Under the pieces are notes generated by a model, which saw nothing but the letters and a program-made list of their open reading frames with translations, had not been told where the DNA came from and searched no databases. From assembly GCA_030141605.1 (NCBI GenBank), contig JAQGDQ010000146.1:437686-501685 (forward strand): 64,000 nt of DNA, in the 5' to 3' direction. Position 1 is the first letter of the stretch, and the number at the start of each line of letters is the position of its first letter. Both the position numbers and the translations under genes were made by a program. Below are positions 39,736 to 53,123 of the stretch, one piece after another. This DNA is from Tubiluchus corallicola (Eukaryota > Animalia > Priapulida).

Positions 39736-40087
39736 CTAGTATAGTTGTCCAAACCTGGTTAGAAACGCATTAAAGCAAATACAAACATTTAAAAATTGAG
39801 GTGAATTATGCATGGCTACCAGAAATAGATGATGTAGAATGCAATAACTCTGCCGATACCACTGTTGACACCACTGTCGCCATCGCCATAGCACCATCAC
39901 CATTAATTCACTAATACCTGACTCAATACTAACATCCCTGCAGGATTTCCCTGCTCTGAAAACCATAAACTGCCAATTTACCATTGCCGTAACCAAAGCT
40001 GCTATCACTGGGGCTTGTTAGAGATGTATATATGAATGTTGATGAATATGTAGATGTAGGGCTGATTTTGATGTAGGTGAAAATAAA

Positions 40088-40460
40088 TACAGATATAGAT
40101 ATATATGTAGTTAGATATATAGACATGGACATAGACATAGACATTGACATAGACATAGACACAGACATAGACATGGACATAGGCATAGACATAGACATAG
40201 ACATAGACATAGACATAGACATAGACATAGACATAGACATAGACATAGACATAGACATAGACATGGAGATAGACAGGGACATAGACATGGACATAGTCAT
40301 GGACATAAATGTAGACATCGACGTTGACGTACACATAGACATATTAATAGACACAGGCATTGACATGGACATAGACATAGACATAGACACAGGCATAGAC
40401 GTAGATATGGACATGGGCATAGACAAAGTCATAGATATAGACACAGGCAAAGATAGAGAT
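40088..40460. repeat. (GACATA)n hexamer repeat
   Basis: Visible directly. Confidence 0.95.
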
Positions 40461-41029
40461 CTTTTTGTGAGTACGTATTTATTAATAATGGAGTTCGTCA
40501 GGGATTCATTCTTATCGGAAATGGCACCGTGTTAAATAAACATTTTTCGCTAGAGTTCACAAAGTAATAGGGTGCCCTACCATCTATTTACATCAGAGTG
40601 AATCTTTGTTTAAGAACCTTTGCCCATAACCACTGTACGTTTCAAGGGACTGTGCCATTGCCAAAAATGCGCCAAATTGGGATATAATTTCCGTAACTAT
40701 AGCATAGCTGAACATTCTGTCACACGAAGTAACATGGCTTACGTTCACATTTCTACAGCCTGCAGTCAGCGCCACCTAAATCTTCTCAACTGTTACAGAG
40801 TACAACTTAACTGTTGTACAATTCAATACACGATAACTGTTGTACTTCCAAATCGGAGGAAACTAACGAAAAAATGAGGAGAACAAAAGAGGTGAAGATC
40901 CGACACTAAAACTGCAAAATGTTTAGGGGCACAGATTTGCAACATATCATTGCAAAATGCGCATCTGCAGTTTTGTTGACTGTGCTATGAAAAAACTACT
41001 GGTTGAGTAGACCACGACAACACCATGTC

Positions 41030-41644
41030 TTGAAATTTTATACCACTTACATACTGCCTTTTGTATGCAGCGCTTGCGTCGGCAGTAATGCTGTATAAAA
41101 CATGTAAATTTAAACTCCCGCGAAGACGCGTGAGGCACAGCCATTTTAATGGAAGGTTCTTTGAAACGAGTTTAGATAACACTGAATAAAATTTGAAAAA
41201 TAACCAGAGCATTCGTAGTAAACATGTTACTAAGTAAAATTTTAAATTAATGTATCTTATCAATAAGATTAAAAATACCGTTTTGGCTAGTGAGTGGTGC
41301 ACCCTGGAGGGTGAGCCAGCGACATTTTACCAATTGGTGAAAACATTATAAATTATAATTTCTAGTTACAAAAGTCATTCCAGTAGATAAGCAAAATGCT
41401 AAGTAATATAACTTTGCATGTAAAGTTCTTTTGGACATAGTTTAACATTTCCTTTTTTACCCTGATTTACGTTGTGCGTATGTGATGGCGCGGGGTTGGA
41501 ACAGTGCTGCAGGAGATTTAAAATGAAAACAAACAAAAAGTTCCTTCAACACGAGTACGATATATCCATAAAATTGCAGTAAAGTAATATAATTTTTAAG
41601 GCGATTTTTCTGAAACCTACTTCAGGTACCCCTTTTCTCGGCCT
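41030..41644 (-). mobile_element. Kolobok-like MITE family A
   Basis: Ends ...CCCCTTTTCTCGGCCT|TTAA; body homologous to other copies. Confidence 0.78.
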
Positions 41645-42224
41645 TTAAATTTAAAATACCGTGGATGACAAAACATTGGATGCTTTAGTCACTTGATTAA
41701 CCGCGTCTGCTATTTAAAACCGCTTAAAGTTAATCACTCAGGTAAGCCTTTACAGTTAAGCCATCGTGATACAGCAGGGAACAATGTACTGACTGCATTA
41801 TTGGAGGGATAATTAAACGATAGCACTGACAGATTTCATTTAGGCTTAAGAGCAGTCACTGGCCTGCCCCTTAGGTACTCGACGACGTAGACAGCAACAC
41901 GACACGAATTCTCAATCACACTCACAAATCAAATCAAGCAATTTGTAATTTGGAAAAGAATTCTGTTAGTTGGAAGAAATTCACCGCACGACGGCAGGAA
42001 ACCGTTGCAATTTATGCATCAGTGTTGAGCAACAGTCTGCCTTGAATAAATCATTTAGTTTTCCAGTGGACGTGAAGCCATTTTGTTTCAAGTTATGTTG
42101 TTCTTGAGACAGAAATGTTGTTTCGTTTTGCCTTGTATTGCGGGTTGAAGTTGTAGCTGAAGCCAACTCATGCCACGTTCCGTTCTTTCTTAATAAAAGT
42201 CTGGAGATTTTTTTACGTTACTTT

Positions 42225-43080
42225 ATCTTGCAGCGGCTGGAGCCATCTTGTTTTGCTTTCATTGTTTTTCATTTTTTTAGGTGGAACTATTTTGTTTTAT
42301 GTTTTACTCTTTTACAAGTGGAGCCATCTTGTTTTACGTTTCATTGGTTTTGCAGCTGGAGTCTCATTGTCATGTAGCCAGAACCTTCTTGATTTAATTT
42401 GATTGTCTTGCAGATGGAGCCATCTTGTTTTACGTTTCATTGTCTTGCAGCCAGAGCTTTCTTGATTTAATTTCATTGTCTTTCAGCTGGAGTCATCTTG
42501 TTTTACGTTTCATTGTTTTGCAGCTGGAGCCATCTTGTTTTACGTTTCATTGATTTGCAGCTGGAGTTTCATTGTCTTGCAGCCTGAGCCTTCTTGATTT
42601 AATTTCATTGTCTTGCAGCTAGAGCCATCTTGTTTTACGTTTCATTGTTTTGCAGCTGGAGTTTCATTGTCTTGCAGCCAGAGCCTTCTTGATTTAATTT
42701 CATTGTCTTGCACCTAGAGCCATCTTGTTTTACGTTTTGCAGCTGGAGTTTCATTGTCTTGCAGCTAGAGCCTTCTTGATTTAATTTCATTGTCTTGCAG
42801 CTGGAGTCATCTAATCATACATTTCATTGTTCGGCATCTGAAAACAATTTACTTCGTTTTCCCATTGTCTTGAAAGGGAATCCATCTTATTTTGCGCTTA
42901 TTTTGTGTGTACTTGGAGCCATCTTGTTTTGCGTTTCATTGTCCTGTACTTGGAGCCATCTAGTCTTACATTTCATTGTTCGGCATCAGGAAACACTTTA
43001 TTTCGTCCTCCCATTGTCTTGAAAGGGAAGCCATCTTGTTTTGCGCTTATTTTGTGTCTACTTGGAGCCATCTTGTTTCA
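42225..43080. repeat. Degenerate ~36-38-bp minisatellite (ttgcagctggagccatcttgttttacgtttcattg)
   Basis: Recurrent variant units. Confidence 0.85.
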
Positions 43081-43604
43081 CATTCCTTTTTGTCACTGGA
43101 TCTATGGTGTTTAAATTTCACTGAATTTAAGTTTTACGTGGACTTACTTTGGCACAAAGTTTGATACACTGGATACCAAAAAAATCAACTTTTGTATTTC
43201 ATTTGAGTTTTTTAGATATTTATTGAGAAATAGATTACTAAACGAAGGATCGAATTGCTACTACTCTTATAATTTTGTTGTAAAATGTTTTATCAAATTC
43301 TGGTCCATTGGAAAGGAAAAATAGATTCGTATCGCGTTTGAAATGAAAATGGAACGCCAACACATTTCCTGTAGAATTTTCCACAAGATTCCCTCACGAG
43401 ACGTGAAGCTGACTCGTAATTCGACAATGACATGTTTGCTGCATAAATCTGTCTAAAACTCTTGCAATGCGAGAAATTTATAATCAGAACACGAGCGCCT
43501 GTAAATTTATTTAATTAAATAGCAGTCGTAAATAAACGCGGAACGAAGACGCATAGTTTTAAAGTGTAAACTGACTTTGCTGGTCAGCTCAGATAATGTT
43601 AATA

Positions 43605-43840
43605 AACCCTTTCACAGTTTCAGCGATTGATGATGATCGTGAAAAGGTCAAATGTTAAATGTACCAGAAAATGCATTTGCGTGCACTTGACAATGCCTCG
43701 CAGCTCATGCTATTGTAATAGTAACAGTTTTAACAGCTGGCTAGAATCTTACCTAGTTCATTTTTTTTGTTCTCAAACAAGACCCTGCTAGTAAATCACT
43801 CCACGCTCAGACTAATGCATAATTAAGTAGTAAAGTCAAG
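43605..43840 (+). mobile_element. MITE family C, 5' part
   Basis: Homology to the copy at 19229. Confidence 0.75.
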
Positions 43841-45611
43841 TGAATAGCGGCAACCACCACGCCTGAAAATTTCTATTCAATGGTGGTATATTTTAAACTT
43901 ATGCTTTATAGACAGTTCTTTTCAAATTTCTTTGTTATATTTTCCAAGTTTAAGTGATAAGAGTAAAATAAACCCAACATACTGAGTGACTTGTTCTTTC
44001 CTTTAGCACACCACAAACAGTTTAAGTGATAACAGTAAAATAAACCCAACATACTGAGTCACTTGTTTTTCGACAAATATATTTTGGGTGTTCATGAAAT
44101 ACGGGAAACATGATAAGAGTACAATCGTCTATCTAAAAGCAACAATAATATAAATAAATACTGCATACTATGCAAGTGCGAAGGTTTTCACAAAAAAAAC
44201 TTAACGTCAAATAAAGTAAAAAGATGATATGTACTAAAATTTATTTACAAAGACAAGATTTATTTACCGTCGTACACTTAAAAAAACATTAGCACTAACG
44301 GCTATTTAACTACTAACACTTACAGTAAGTACAGGTAAAGACGATTTTTCTGCTAACTTCCTCATGGGCGGTTTTTTTGAGCAAGTTACTCTAGATTCTA
44401 GAAAATAAGATCAATTCTTCACAGCTGTTAGTATTTACTCTCAAAGACTGGACCAGCCGTAAAGCCATTATCGATTTCTCATTGCTTTATGTGCCACGGG
44501 CAATATTACTGAGTGTTGAATTTTAGTCAGATTGTTGCGACGTCCGTTTGTTACTGAAACTTTTCAAGTTGCGGCTTTCTTTAGAAATATTCGAGAAGCA
44601 TCGATGGTTAGTCGTCGAGCAATAATCGACTATACGTTCCGCTGTGACTAAGACTAATGAACACAATAGCAGAGCAGTATTTGTACTATTGCAGTTTTCC
44701 GTATTAACAAAACTTAGTGATATCTAGCCGATAGGGCTGCGGGCAGACTCAAAACTAAAGAGTCCATTAGGCCTGAACAATTTATTAATTTATTGAAATC
44801 AAAATAGCTATGCAAATTACTGTAAGGAAAATGTCATCAAAGAAGCTGGTAAAGACATTAATGAAAAGAATAAATTACGAACTTATTTCAAGTTTAAAAA
44901 CAAGTTCGTAGAAGAGAGATGCTTATTGCTAATGAAAAATCACGTTAAAAGAGCAAACTTTACAAAGTTGCGTATTAGCTCCCACAAGCTCCTTATTGAA
45001 AAAGGGCCGACACACCAAACCTAAAATCCCCCTTGACAACAGACCATGCAGTTCTTGTAAAAATCAAAAAATTACTGACGAAAAGCATTTAAATCTTGAA
45101 TGTAACAATAATAATGATTTAAGACAAAGCCTGTTTTCTCATGTCAATGAATTTTTCCGCCGAACTTTATGAATTTCACGGTGTAGGAAAAAATTTATTT
45201 TTCTGATGAATGGAAATGAAAGCGAACTTGCAAAATTAACTTCAAACTATATCACAGAACTGTTTTAAAAGCAGAAAATGATAACCTAGTTATAGAAAAT
45301 CATATACAATTGACAGCACAAGCACACTATTATAATTATACTATTTTTGTAAACGTGTAAATACTATTCTGTGTTTAACCTCTTTTGTTTCTTCTACTGT
45401 TTCAATAATTATGACGATCATATCCAAGTGTTGGGATGTTTAGTGTGAAGTGTGATTTTTTTTACGTACATTGTATTGCATATTGTATTGTGTTTTTCCT
45501 CAATAAACTATTTAATTTTAAATCAAAAGCTAATTTTTTGCACGATTTGTTCTTCATTTATTTTGTTGGCAAAGTTTCAAGTAGATGAAATCACTCCAAT
45601 TTTCACCCACC

Positions 45612-45831
45612 GAAGCCAGGTCACACCTATGAAGCCAGCCTCTGATACTTTCATCTTCGTGCTTAGTTGAGTCAAAACATGTTCCTGCACACTATCATGA
45701 AGCCAGGTCACACCTATGAAGCCAGCCTCTGATACTTTCATCTTCGTGCTTAGTTGAGCCAAAACATGTTCCTGCACACTACCGTGAAGCCAGGTCACAC
45801 CTATGAAGCCAGCCTCTGATACTTTCATCTT
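45612..45831. repeat. 87-bp tandem repeat, 2.5 copies
   Basis: Units at 45612, 45699 and 45786. Confidence 0.92.
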
Positions 45832-45954
45832 TACACACTAGAATGTATTTTTCGGTAGCAACTAATAAGGCAGACAATTGGAACTAGGCTATCAGTTATA
45901 GAAAACCGTTTTGTTTTATCAGAGAAGAACGCTTGCATAATTTGTTTTTTAATA

Positions 45955-46320
45955 AACTTTTTCACACTTACGGCGATTGATGATGATCGTGAAAAGATCA
46001 AAGGTTAAGTGTACCAGAAAACACATTTGTGAACACTTGACAACGCTTCGCAGCCTAAGCTATTGTAATAGTGACAGAATTAACAGCTAGAACCTCATCT
46101 AGTTCATTTTTTCTTGTTCCCAATCGAGATGCTGCTAATAAATCACTCTACACGCAGACTAATGCATATTTAAGCAAAGTCCATGCAAAACAACTGAAGT
46201 TACTGAACTGATGCGGCAGACGGCTTTGCCTTACCCACATGCCTCGTGACGGTTGTAGTTAAGATGTGCTGCTGTTGCACAATTAAATGTTGACCTACAG
46301 CAACTGCGCGTGAAAAGGCT
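45955..46320 (+). mobile_element. MITE family C
   Basis: aata|AACTTTTTCAC...GTGAAAAGGCT|tatt. Confidence 0.8.
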
Positions 46321-46782
46321 TATTAGTCGATTTTGAATAATTGTACAGTTGCCCAAAGTCATATGTTTGATTTTTGTCAACTGTGCAAGTGACGTTTAGA
46401 AACTGGTCAAATTGAAGAAAAGCAAAACCAATACGCGTTAATCAACCGCTATCATGGAGACAAATTATTATTATCATCCTAATGAATACGCCATCTAGCA
46501 GATGTTGTAATCACATATTTACATCAAATGACTGTCAATTTCGCATTTAATAAATGAAAGCGTTGCGCTGATTGCTGGGCAAACTTGCTATGCAGCCTGG
46601 TGGCTTCGCTTAAACAGCCATTCAGATAATACTCGATGGCTTCACGCTAATGTGTGGGAATTTGCGCAAAACTGATATTAATAATCTCGGTCAATCCCTG
46701 CTTGGCTCGTAGATTCGCCTGCTACTTGGCGTAATATCCCACAGAATTTTCACTTTTTTCCTGGGATTTTGGAAAAAAACCG

Positions 46783-47482
46783 AGCAGCACAGCAGTGCAG
46801 CAGCACAGCAGTACAGAAGCACAGCAGTACAGCAGCACAGCAGCACAGCAGTACAGCAGCACAACAGTACAGCAGTACAGTAGCACACCAGTACAACAGT
46901 ACAGCAGTGCAGCAGCACAACAGTACAACAGCACAGCAGTACAGAAGCACAGCAGTACAGCAGCGCATTACAGCAGTTCAGCAGCACACCAGTACAACAG
47001 CACAGCAGTACAGTAATACAGCAGTACAGCAGCACACGAGTACAACAGCACAGCAGTACAGCAGCAAACCAATACAACAGCACAGTAGTACAGCAGCACA
47101 ACAGTACAACAGCACAGCAGTACAGCAGCACATTACAACAGTTCAGCAGCACACCAGTACAACAGCACAGCAACACAGCAGTACAGCAGCACTCCAGTAC
47201 AACAGCACAGCAGTACAGCAGTACAGCAGCACACCAGTACAACAGCACAGTAGTACAGCAGTTCATCAGCACAGCAGCACAGCAGCACAGCAGCACACCA
47301 GTACAACAGCACAGCAGTACAGCAGCACACCAGTACAACAGCACAGCAGTACAGCAATACAGCAGTACAGTAGCACAACTGTACAGCAGCACAGCAGTAC
47401 AGCAGCACACCAGTACAACAGCACAGCAGTACAGCAATACAGCAGTACAGTAGCACAACTGTACAGCAGTACAGCCGCACAG
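46783..47482. repeat. CAGCA/CAGTA-based simple repeat
   Basis: Visible directly; source of the spurious Cys-rich ORFs. Confidence 0.93.
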
Positions 47483-47682
47483 TTACATAAGTCTTCCAAG
47501 CAGGTAACCGAAATTTCTAAGTAATATAACATTTAAAATGAAAAAAATCCTTTCAACACGAGTACGACATACGCAGAAAATTGCTGTAAAGTAATATAAT
47601 TTTTTCAAGGCGATTTTTCAGAAACTTACTTCAGGTTCCCCTTTTCTTGTCCTTTAGATAATAATGTTGTGGATGTTCTGTT

Positions 47683-47950
47683 AGGCCTACTAAATACACA
47701 TGGTCGTGGACCATTGTGTTAAATTATACAGGCCTACTAAATGCAGATCGTAGTAGACTATTGTGTTAAATTATATAGGCCTACTAAATGCACATCGTAG
47801 TGGACCATTGTGTTAAATTATACAGGCCTACCAAATGCACATCGTAGTGGACCATTGTGTTAAATTATATAGGCCTACTAAATGCACATCGTAGTGGACC
47901 ATTATGTTAAATTATACAGGCTTACTAAATGCACATCGTAATGGACCATT
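47683..47950. repeat. 47-bp minisatellite, ~5.5 copies
   Basis: aggcctactaaatgcacatcgtagtggaccattgtgttaaattatac repeated. Confidence 0.93.
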
Positions 47951-48165
47951 GGGTAACGTACGAAGAGTGAATAAGGAACTATTGACTGAGCATTGATTCT
48001 CTTCGCAACGTATTGATCAGCCGATCAAAGAGACATACTAGTGATACGTTATACATTACGTAGTGCAAACTTGTTCAACTTTTTAACATGACTTACCCAT
48101 TTTCTTTCTTTGTACAAATTCCTTGAGCTTCGGGGTATTTTTCCGGAATTATAATTCCTAGTTTT

Positions 48166-48721
48166 GTAGTGTACAGTACTTAAAGGAGGAACCTTCGTCC
48201 CCCATTGGATTCAGTGTAGTGTACAGTACTTAAAGGAGGAACCTTCGTCCCCCATTGGACTCAGTGTAGTGTACAGTACTTAAAGGAGGAACCTTCGTCC
48301 CCCACTGGACTCAGTGTAGTGTATGGTACTTAACGGAGGAACCTTCGTCCCCCATTGGACTCAGTACAGTGTATAGTACTTAAAGGAGGAACCTTCGTCC
48401 CCCATTGGACTCAGTATAGTGTATAGTACTTAAAGGAGGAACCTTCGTCCCCCACTGGACTCAGTGTATTGTACAGTACTTAATGGAGGAACCTTCGTCC
48501 CCCATTGGATTCAGTGTAGTGTATAGTACTTAAAGGAGGAACCTTCGTCCCCCATTGGACTCAGTGTGGTGTACAGTACTTAATGGAGGAACCTTCGTCC
48601 CCCATTGGATTCAGTGTAGTGTACAGTACTTAAAGGAGGAACCTTCGTCCCCCATTGGACTCAGTGTAGTGTGTAGTACTTAAAGGAGGAACCTTCGCCC
48701 CCCACTGGACTCAGTGTAGTG
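48166..48721. repeat. 50-bp minisatellite, 11 copies
   Basis: gtagtgtacagtacttaaaggaggaaccttcgtcccccattggactcagt at an exact 50-bp period. Confidence 0.96.
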
Positions 48722-48819
48722 ACCCTCTAGAATCTTGCAATTTCGATGCGTGAATAAGTAGGAATAATATTGTATAGTAATAGCAGTGTTTCCACAACAA
48801 TCTTTCAAAAACATTTTAA

Positions 48820-49437
48820 AGTGAAACCGGACCCAATTAAAAACTATAGGTCAAAACAATCTACTCCATGAAATATTGAAAGGAAACATACTATTTTTTC
48901 AAAAATGACTTGCGTGAAAGAATTATTACCACACAAACACAGTTTCATAATCGCGCCACTAGTTCTTCGTTGTTACATGCATTTCGCCATTCACTAGTTA
49001 AACGGCATTAGCGCCTGCATTGCGGAAACACGTTGCATGAAAAGTAGCTGCTGTACCTCTCAGTTCAGATGTGTTAGTTTGTGACGACCTACACACGTTC
49101 GACAGCTCGTGCGTGAGCACAGCGGTAGATTTGAATTTTGAATTTTCATCTTAAAACTGGCCTAGTTTTAGTACAACACACTGAATATCTTACAGTAACA
49201 TTGTATTTCAATTTTCATTTTCAAAAACACGTGCAACACGCTCGTGGCATATTTTTGCTGTTGAAAATTATGTTAGTTTGTGATGTCATCACTAGTTGGG
49301 CTCGCCGGCCTTAATTAAAGTTTTTAATCTATTAAATAATTATCAGAAACGCTTTTGCAGTATTAATTGTGTTAAAATGTATCCTTTTTATCATACTTAA
49401 AAATGGGGTAGTATATGAAAAGTCGTCCTGTCTTCCT
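48820..49437 (+). mobile_element. Kolobok-like MITE family B, full length
   Basis: TTAA|AGTGAAACCGG...CCTGTCTTCCT|TTAA. Confidence 0.82.
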
Positions 49438-49550
49438 TTAAGAAATTGTCTTGTCAAGAATTACTTAATAATTTCTCGTTAGTTTAGGACCTTAGAAGAT
49501 GCTCCTCATTGAGGCTGTCTGAATTCCAATTATATTTACATTATGTATTT

Positions 49551-49915
49551 ATATAATATAATATAATATAATATCATATCATATCATATCATATCATATC
49601 ATATCATATCATATCATATCATATCATATCATATCATATCATATCCTATCGCATCGCATCGCATCGCATCGCATCGCATCGCACCGCACCGCACCGCACC
49701 GCACCGCACCGCACCGCACCACACCACATCACATCACATCACAACACAACATAAAATAAAATAACATAACATAGTATAATGTAATGTAATATAAGGTAAT
49801 ACAATACAATACAATACAACACAACACCACACCATACAATATAACACAACACAACACAACACAACACAACACAACAACACAACACAGCACAACATAACAT
49901 AATATAATATAATTT
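49551..49915. repeat. Graded pentanucleotide compound microsatellite
   Basis: ATATA > ATATC > ATCGC > ACCGC > ACATC > ACAAC. Confidence 0.95.
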
Positions 49916-50269
49916 GTATCATATTTACTTATTTACTTACATTACAATATTCACCAACAATTTTTATTTGTCTCTTTGCTTTATAAATTCTTACCCATGT
50001 GTGTTTTTCTGTTCCTGGAGGGGGGATTTATAAACTTTTAGATGATCAACACTTTCGTAGGCGGCTCTATTGGGCCCCTTCAGTCGTTTTAATAAAGACT
50101 GAGTGACTGTGACTTTGTGTATCTGATTTTCTTGTGTTTTACAAAGCTGGTTGCTCTAGCACGTTAAACTTTGTATAATTTATTTGTGTGTTGTTATTTT
50201 TTTAAACTGCAAATAAAATTCAACTATATTACCTCGGCAGATGACCTGCATGCAGAGACATTTTTTAAA

Positions 50270-50429
50270 GTCAACGTAAAACGATTGAAGTGGCTGAAAT
50301 GACGCGGCAGACGGCTTTGCTTTACCCACATGTCACGTGACGGTTGGTGTTAATACGCATTGCTGTGGTACACTTAGCCCTTTGACCTACAACAATTGCG
50401 CGTGCGCACAACGAAGCTGTGAAAAGGCT
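50270..50429 (+). mobile_element. MITE family C, 3' part
   Basis: Ends CTGTGAAAAGGCT|tatt. Confidence 0.72.
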
Positions 50430-50843
50430 TATTTGCATCGTTTGAGACCGCCATGTCAATTATGACAAAAGGCAAAAAAAACGTAATTAGAAAAATAATT
50501 TTGACGTAAACAAAGCAAAACTGCATCTGTTTTAGTACCAACATTATGATGAAGTTACTGTTACCTTCGAGACGGTTTAGCTGCTTCCCTTTTTCAAGTG
50601 AATTTCACACAAACATCACGCAGAGAAATTCCATCAAAACGTCAATAATCTTACTGTTCGGTAAAAATCATTTATGGTTTATTAAATATGGCAATGTAAT
50701 AAATCAATTAGATGCTGTTCATTTACTTGCTGTACCTGTGGTCACGTGGTCACACGTGTGAGATGTGAATTACGTGCCACGGAGACGTAAGAAGGGGAAG
50801 GTAGAGATGCCCAGAACCTGTTTTTAAAGTAGACAGTTTTTAC

Positions 50844-51485
50844 AGGACAAGAAAATGAGCACCTGAAGTAGGTTTCAGAAAAATTGCCTTAAAATTATAC
50901 TTCTTTACAGCATTTTAATGTACATATCGTGGTCGCGTTGACAGAATTTTCGTTTGTTTTCATTTTAAATCTCCCGCAATGCTGTTCCGACGGCGCCATT
51001 ACATGACGTCACTACGCCACGTAAATCAGGGGAAGAAAATCAATTATGATCCCAAAATCTTTATGATCCCAAAAAACTTTCCGTGCAAACTTTTCGCTTA
51101 CATGCTGGAAATACTTATGTAACTAGACTAATAATTTAAAATGTTTGTGCCAATTGGTAAAATGTCGCTGACTCCTAGCCAAAAACGTATTTTTAATCTT
51201 TTTGACAAGATACAGTAATTTAGAATTTTATTTAATTAGCAGCATGTATGCTACGAATGCTCTGATTATTTTTTAAAACTTTACTCAATGTTATCTAAAC
51301 TTGTTTCAAATGACCTACCATTAAAATGGGTGCGTTTAATGGTGATCGCGGGAGTTCAAATTTACAAGTTAAATACAGCGTTACTGCCGACGCAAGCCCT
51401 GTGTGCAAAAAGGCAGTACGTTAGTGGTACAAAATTTCAAGACCAATTCTTCGCGCTTTACGTAGGTGGAATGTTTTCTTGTGCG
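50844..51485 (+). mobile_element. Kolobok-like MITE family A
   Basis: AGGACAAGAAAA...TTTTCTTGTGCG|TTAA. Confidence 0.8.
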
Positions 51486-51489
51486 TTAA

Positions 51490-52521
51490 GTTATTTTGGT
51501 CTCCAAAACAGTTTAGTTGAACAGTTTAGTTGAACAGTTTAGCTGAACAGTTTAGTTGAACAGTTTAGCTGAACAGTTTAGTTGAACAGTTTAGTTGAAC
51601 AGTTTAGTTGAAGAGTTTAGTTGAACAGTTTAGCTGAACAGTTTAGTTGAACAGTTTAGCTGAACAGTTTAGTTGAACAGTTTAGCTGAACAGTTTAGTT
51701 GAACAGTTTAGCTGAACAGTTTAGTTGAACAGTTTAGCTGAACAGTTTAGTTGAACAGTTTAGTTGAAGAGTTTAGTTGAACAGTTTAGCTGAACAGTTT
51801 AGTTGAACAGTTTAGCTGAACAGGTTAGTTGAACAGTTTAGTTGAACAGTTTAGTTGAACAGTTTAGCTGAACAGTTTAGTTGAATAGTTAGTTGAACAG
51901 TTTAGTTGAACAGTTTAGTTGAACAGTTTAGTTGAACAGTTTAGTTGAACAGTTTAGTTGAACAGTTTAGCTGAACAGTTTAGTTGAACAGTTTAGCTGA
52001 ACAGCTTAGTTGAGCAGTTTAGTTGAACAGTTTAGTTGAACAGTTTAGTTGAACTTTTAGTTGAACAGTTTAGTTGAACAGTTTAGCTGAACAGTTTAGT
52101 TGAACAGTTAGTTGAACAGTTTAGTTGAGCAGTTTAGCTGAACAGCTTAGTTGAACAGTTTAGCTGAACAGTTAGTTGAACAGTTAGTTGAACAGTTTAG
52201 TTGAACAGTTTAGCTGAACAGTTTAGTTGAACAGCTTAGTTGAACAGGTTAGTTGAACAGTATAGCTGAACAGTTTAGTTGAACAGTTTAGCTGAACAGA
52301 TTAGTTGAACAGGTTAGTTGAACAGGTTAGTTGAACAGTTTAGCTGAACAGTTTAGTTGAACCGTTTAGTTGAACAGTTTAGCTGAACAGCTTAGTTGAA
52401 CAGTTTAGTTGCATCAGAAATTTAATAATGGGTGTTATAAATTACTCTTACGTCACTCCTTATTATGACAGCCATTGTTAAATTCTTAGTGTAACTAAAC
52501 TGTTTTGGCGACTGAAATAAC
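51490..52521. mobile_element. TIR element containing a 13-bp minisatellite (GTTTAGTTGAACA, ~70 units, 51507-52411)
   Basis: TTAAGTTATTTTGGTCTCCAAAACAGTTTAGTT is an inverted match to AACTAAACTGTTTTGGCGACTGAAATAACTTAA. Confidence 0.8.
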
Positions 52522-53123
52522 TTAAAAAATTGTTTACTTTAAAACCGGGTTCTGAGTAACTTCCCTTCCTCAGACTGGTGAGCTTTCCATCGTAAGTTTT
52601 CTCTCTGTTAGTAAACTTGCAAGTTTGAACTGCTTGGCAAGAAATTGTTAACTCTCTGACAGTTGCCGCGAGCTGATTTCCTGTCAGTTACTGTCTAGTG
52701 TGAACGCCTCGGCAAGTTACTTGCAGTGAATAGAGAAGTGAGTGTCAGCTCGCGCTTACTGTTGGAGAGTAACTCGCAGCGAGTTTTGCTCTCTAGTCCA
52801 AACACGCTTGCGAGTTACTTAGCGGGCTAATGAGGCGAGAAAACTCGCTAGTATGAACGCGCCTTTAGTAGCACTGTTAGTGGTGGAAGTATGGAAATTT
52901 ATAAGCATAGCATCGTATTTCAGGAGTTACGGTTTAATAGAATTTAAGATTATTTTAGATTAAATTCATTCTAAATTTGTAACAAATTTTCTTTAATAGA
53001 AATAAGTAACAAAAACTGCTCAGGCATCAGCATAACAAAACGCTTAACACATGTCCTAGTTAATTAATTAGTACTAAAATATTGCTTATATTATACATTT
53101 GTGTTAATTTATTAATTACAGTA

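Larger units (their letters stand above)
36861..39973 (+). repeat. Block A, source copy of a triplicated ~3.1-kb segment
   Basis: 37708-39973 matches the reverse complement of 60141-62423; 36861-~37962 matches 62913-64000 directly. Confidence 0.93.

Noticed and set aside
46691-47532. Cys-rich metallothionein- or keratin-associated-like ORFs
   Set aside because: Translations of a simple repeat on both strands.
47683-48721. CRISPR-like regular arrays
   Set aside because: No unique spacers, no cas genes, and a eukaryotic context.
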